Assembly (NCBI GenBank): GCA_964016885.1
Contig: OZ024741.1
Location: 8,742,001-8,806,000 of the forward strand
Length of the DNA: 64,000 nucleotides
Direction: 5' to 3'
From: Eledone cirrhosa
Taxonomy: Eukaryota
The translations under genes and the position numbers were made by a program. Below are positions 63,601-64,000 of the stretch, piece after piece. The number at the start of each line of letters is the position of its first letter. Position 1 is the first letter of the stretch. The notes below the pieces were generated by a model. It was not told the origin of the DNA, did not search any database, and saw only the letters and a list, made by a program, of their open reading frames with translations.

Positions 63601-64000
63601 CTCTGTCTGTATATCAGTCTGTCTTCCAGTCCCTCTGTCTGTATATCAGTCTGTCATCCAGCCACTCTGTCTTCCAGCCACTCTGTCTTCAAGCCAGTCT
63701 GTCATCCAGCCACTCTGTCTTCCAACCTCTCTGTCTTCCAGCCACTCTATCTTCCAGCCTCTCTGTCTTCCAGCCAATCTGTCTTCCAGCCACTCTGTCT
63801 GTATATCAGTCTGTCTTCCAGTCCCTCTGTCTGTATATCAGTCTGTCATCCAGCCACTCTGTCTTCCAGCCACTCTGTCTTCAAGCCAGTCTGTCATCCA
63901 GCCACTCTGTCTTCCAACCTCTCTGTCTTCCAGCCACTCTGTCTTCCAGCCTCTCTGTCTTCCAGCCACTCTGTCTTCCAACCTCTCTGTCTTCCAGCCA
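63600..64000. repeat. 192-bp (12-monomer) local duplication
   Basis: CCAGTCCCTCTGTCTGTATATCAGTCTGTCATCCAG...CAAGCCAGTCTGTCATCC occurs at ~63626 and ~63818. Confidence 0.8.

Larger units (their letters stand above)
1..64000. repeat. 16-bp satellite/minisatellite array (~4,000 monomers) built from interspersed monomer types A (CTGTCTTCCAGCCACT), B (CTGTCTTCCAGCCTCT) and C (CTGTCTGTATATCAGT)
   Basis: Position 1 begins CTGTCTTCCAGCCACT CTGTCTGTACATCAGT, and every line to 64000 parses into these 16-mers or substitution/indel variants. No inversion or non-repeat insert was seen. The array runs off both window edges. Confidence 0.98.

Noticed and set aside
1-64000. CRISPR-like or cassette-like repeat-spacer array
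   Set aside because: There are no unique spacers. The variable part after CTGTCT takes only a few recurrent states, and no cas, recombinase or other gene is present.
1-64000. Telomeric repeat or CENP-B box
   Set aside because: I saw no TTAGGG-type tract and no TTCG-N4-A-N2-CGGG motif in either orientation. The TTCGAG and CCCGCC variants lack the other half of the motif. Centromeric or subtelomeric location cannot be inferred from this window.
1-64000. Dense transcription-factor-like motifs (GTCT/CAGAC SMAD element, TATAT TATA-like)
   Set aside because: These 4-5-bp matches are unavoidable by-products of the monomer sequence, and there is no promoter context or independent evidence.

Overview
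The whole 64-kb window is one uninterrupted, single-orientation tandem satellite/minisatellite array of about 4,000 16-bp monomers, most likely from a eukaryotic genome; the taxon cannot be determined from the sequence. Three main monomers share a CTGTCT start: A = CTGTCTTCCAGCCACT, B = CTGTCTTCCAGCCTCT and C = CTGTCTGTATATCAGT. Minor variants end in ...AGTCTCT, ...CCAGT or ...CCAAT. I found no credible protein-coding gene, RNA gene, transposon, CRISPR array or unique sequence. The ORFs in the track arise because the consensus monomers contain no stop codon on the + strand. The interest lies in the architecture. The A/B/C order acts as an irregular but faithfully copied code. It reveals nested duplications at 112, 143, 160/176, 192, 224-304, 446, 768, 1,504, 2,428, ~3,000, ~7,800 and ~16,000-18,000 bp. 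Private variant monomers allow some of these events to be ordered in time. I see no evidence of a new gene-based system. Offsets were read by eye from diagnostic variants and ORF-track coordinates, so boundaries are approximate to within about 1-2 monomers unless stated.
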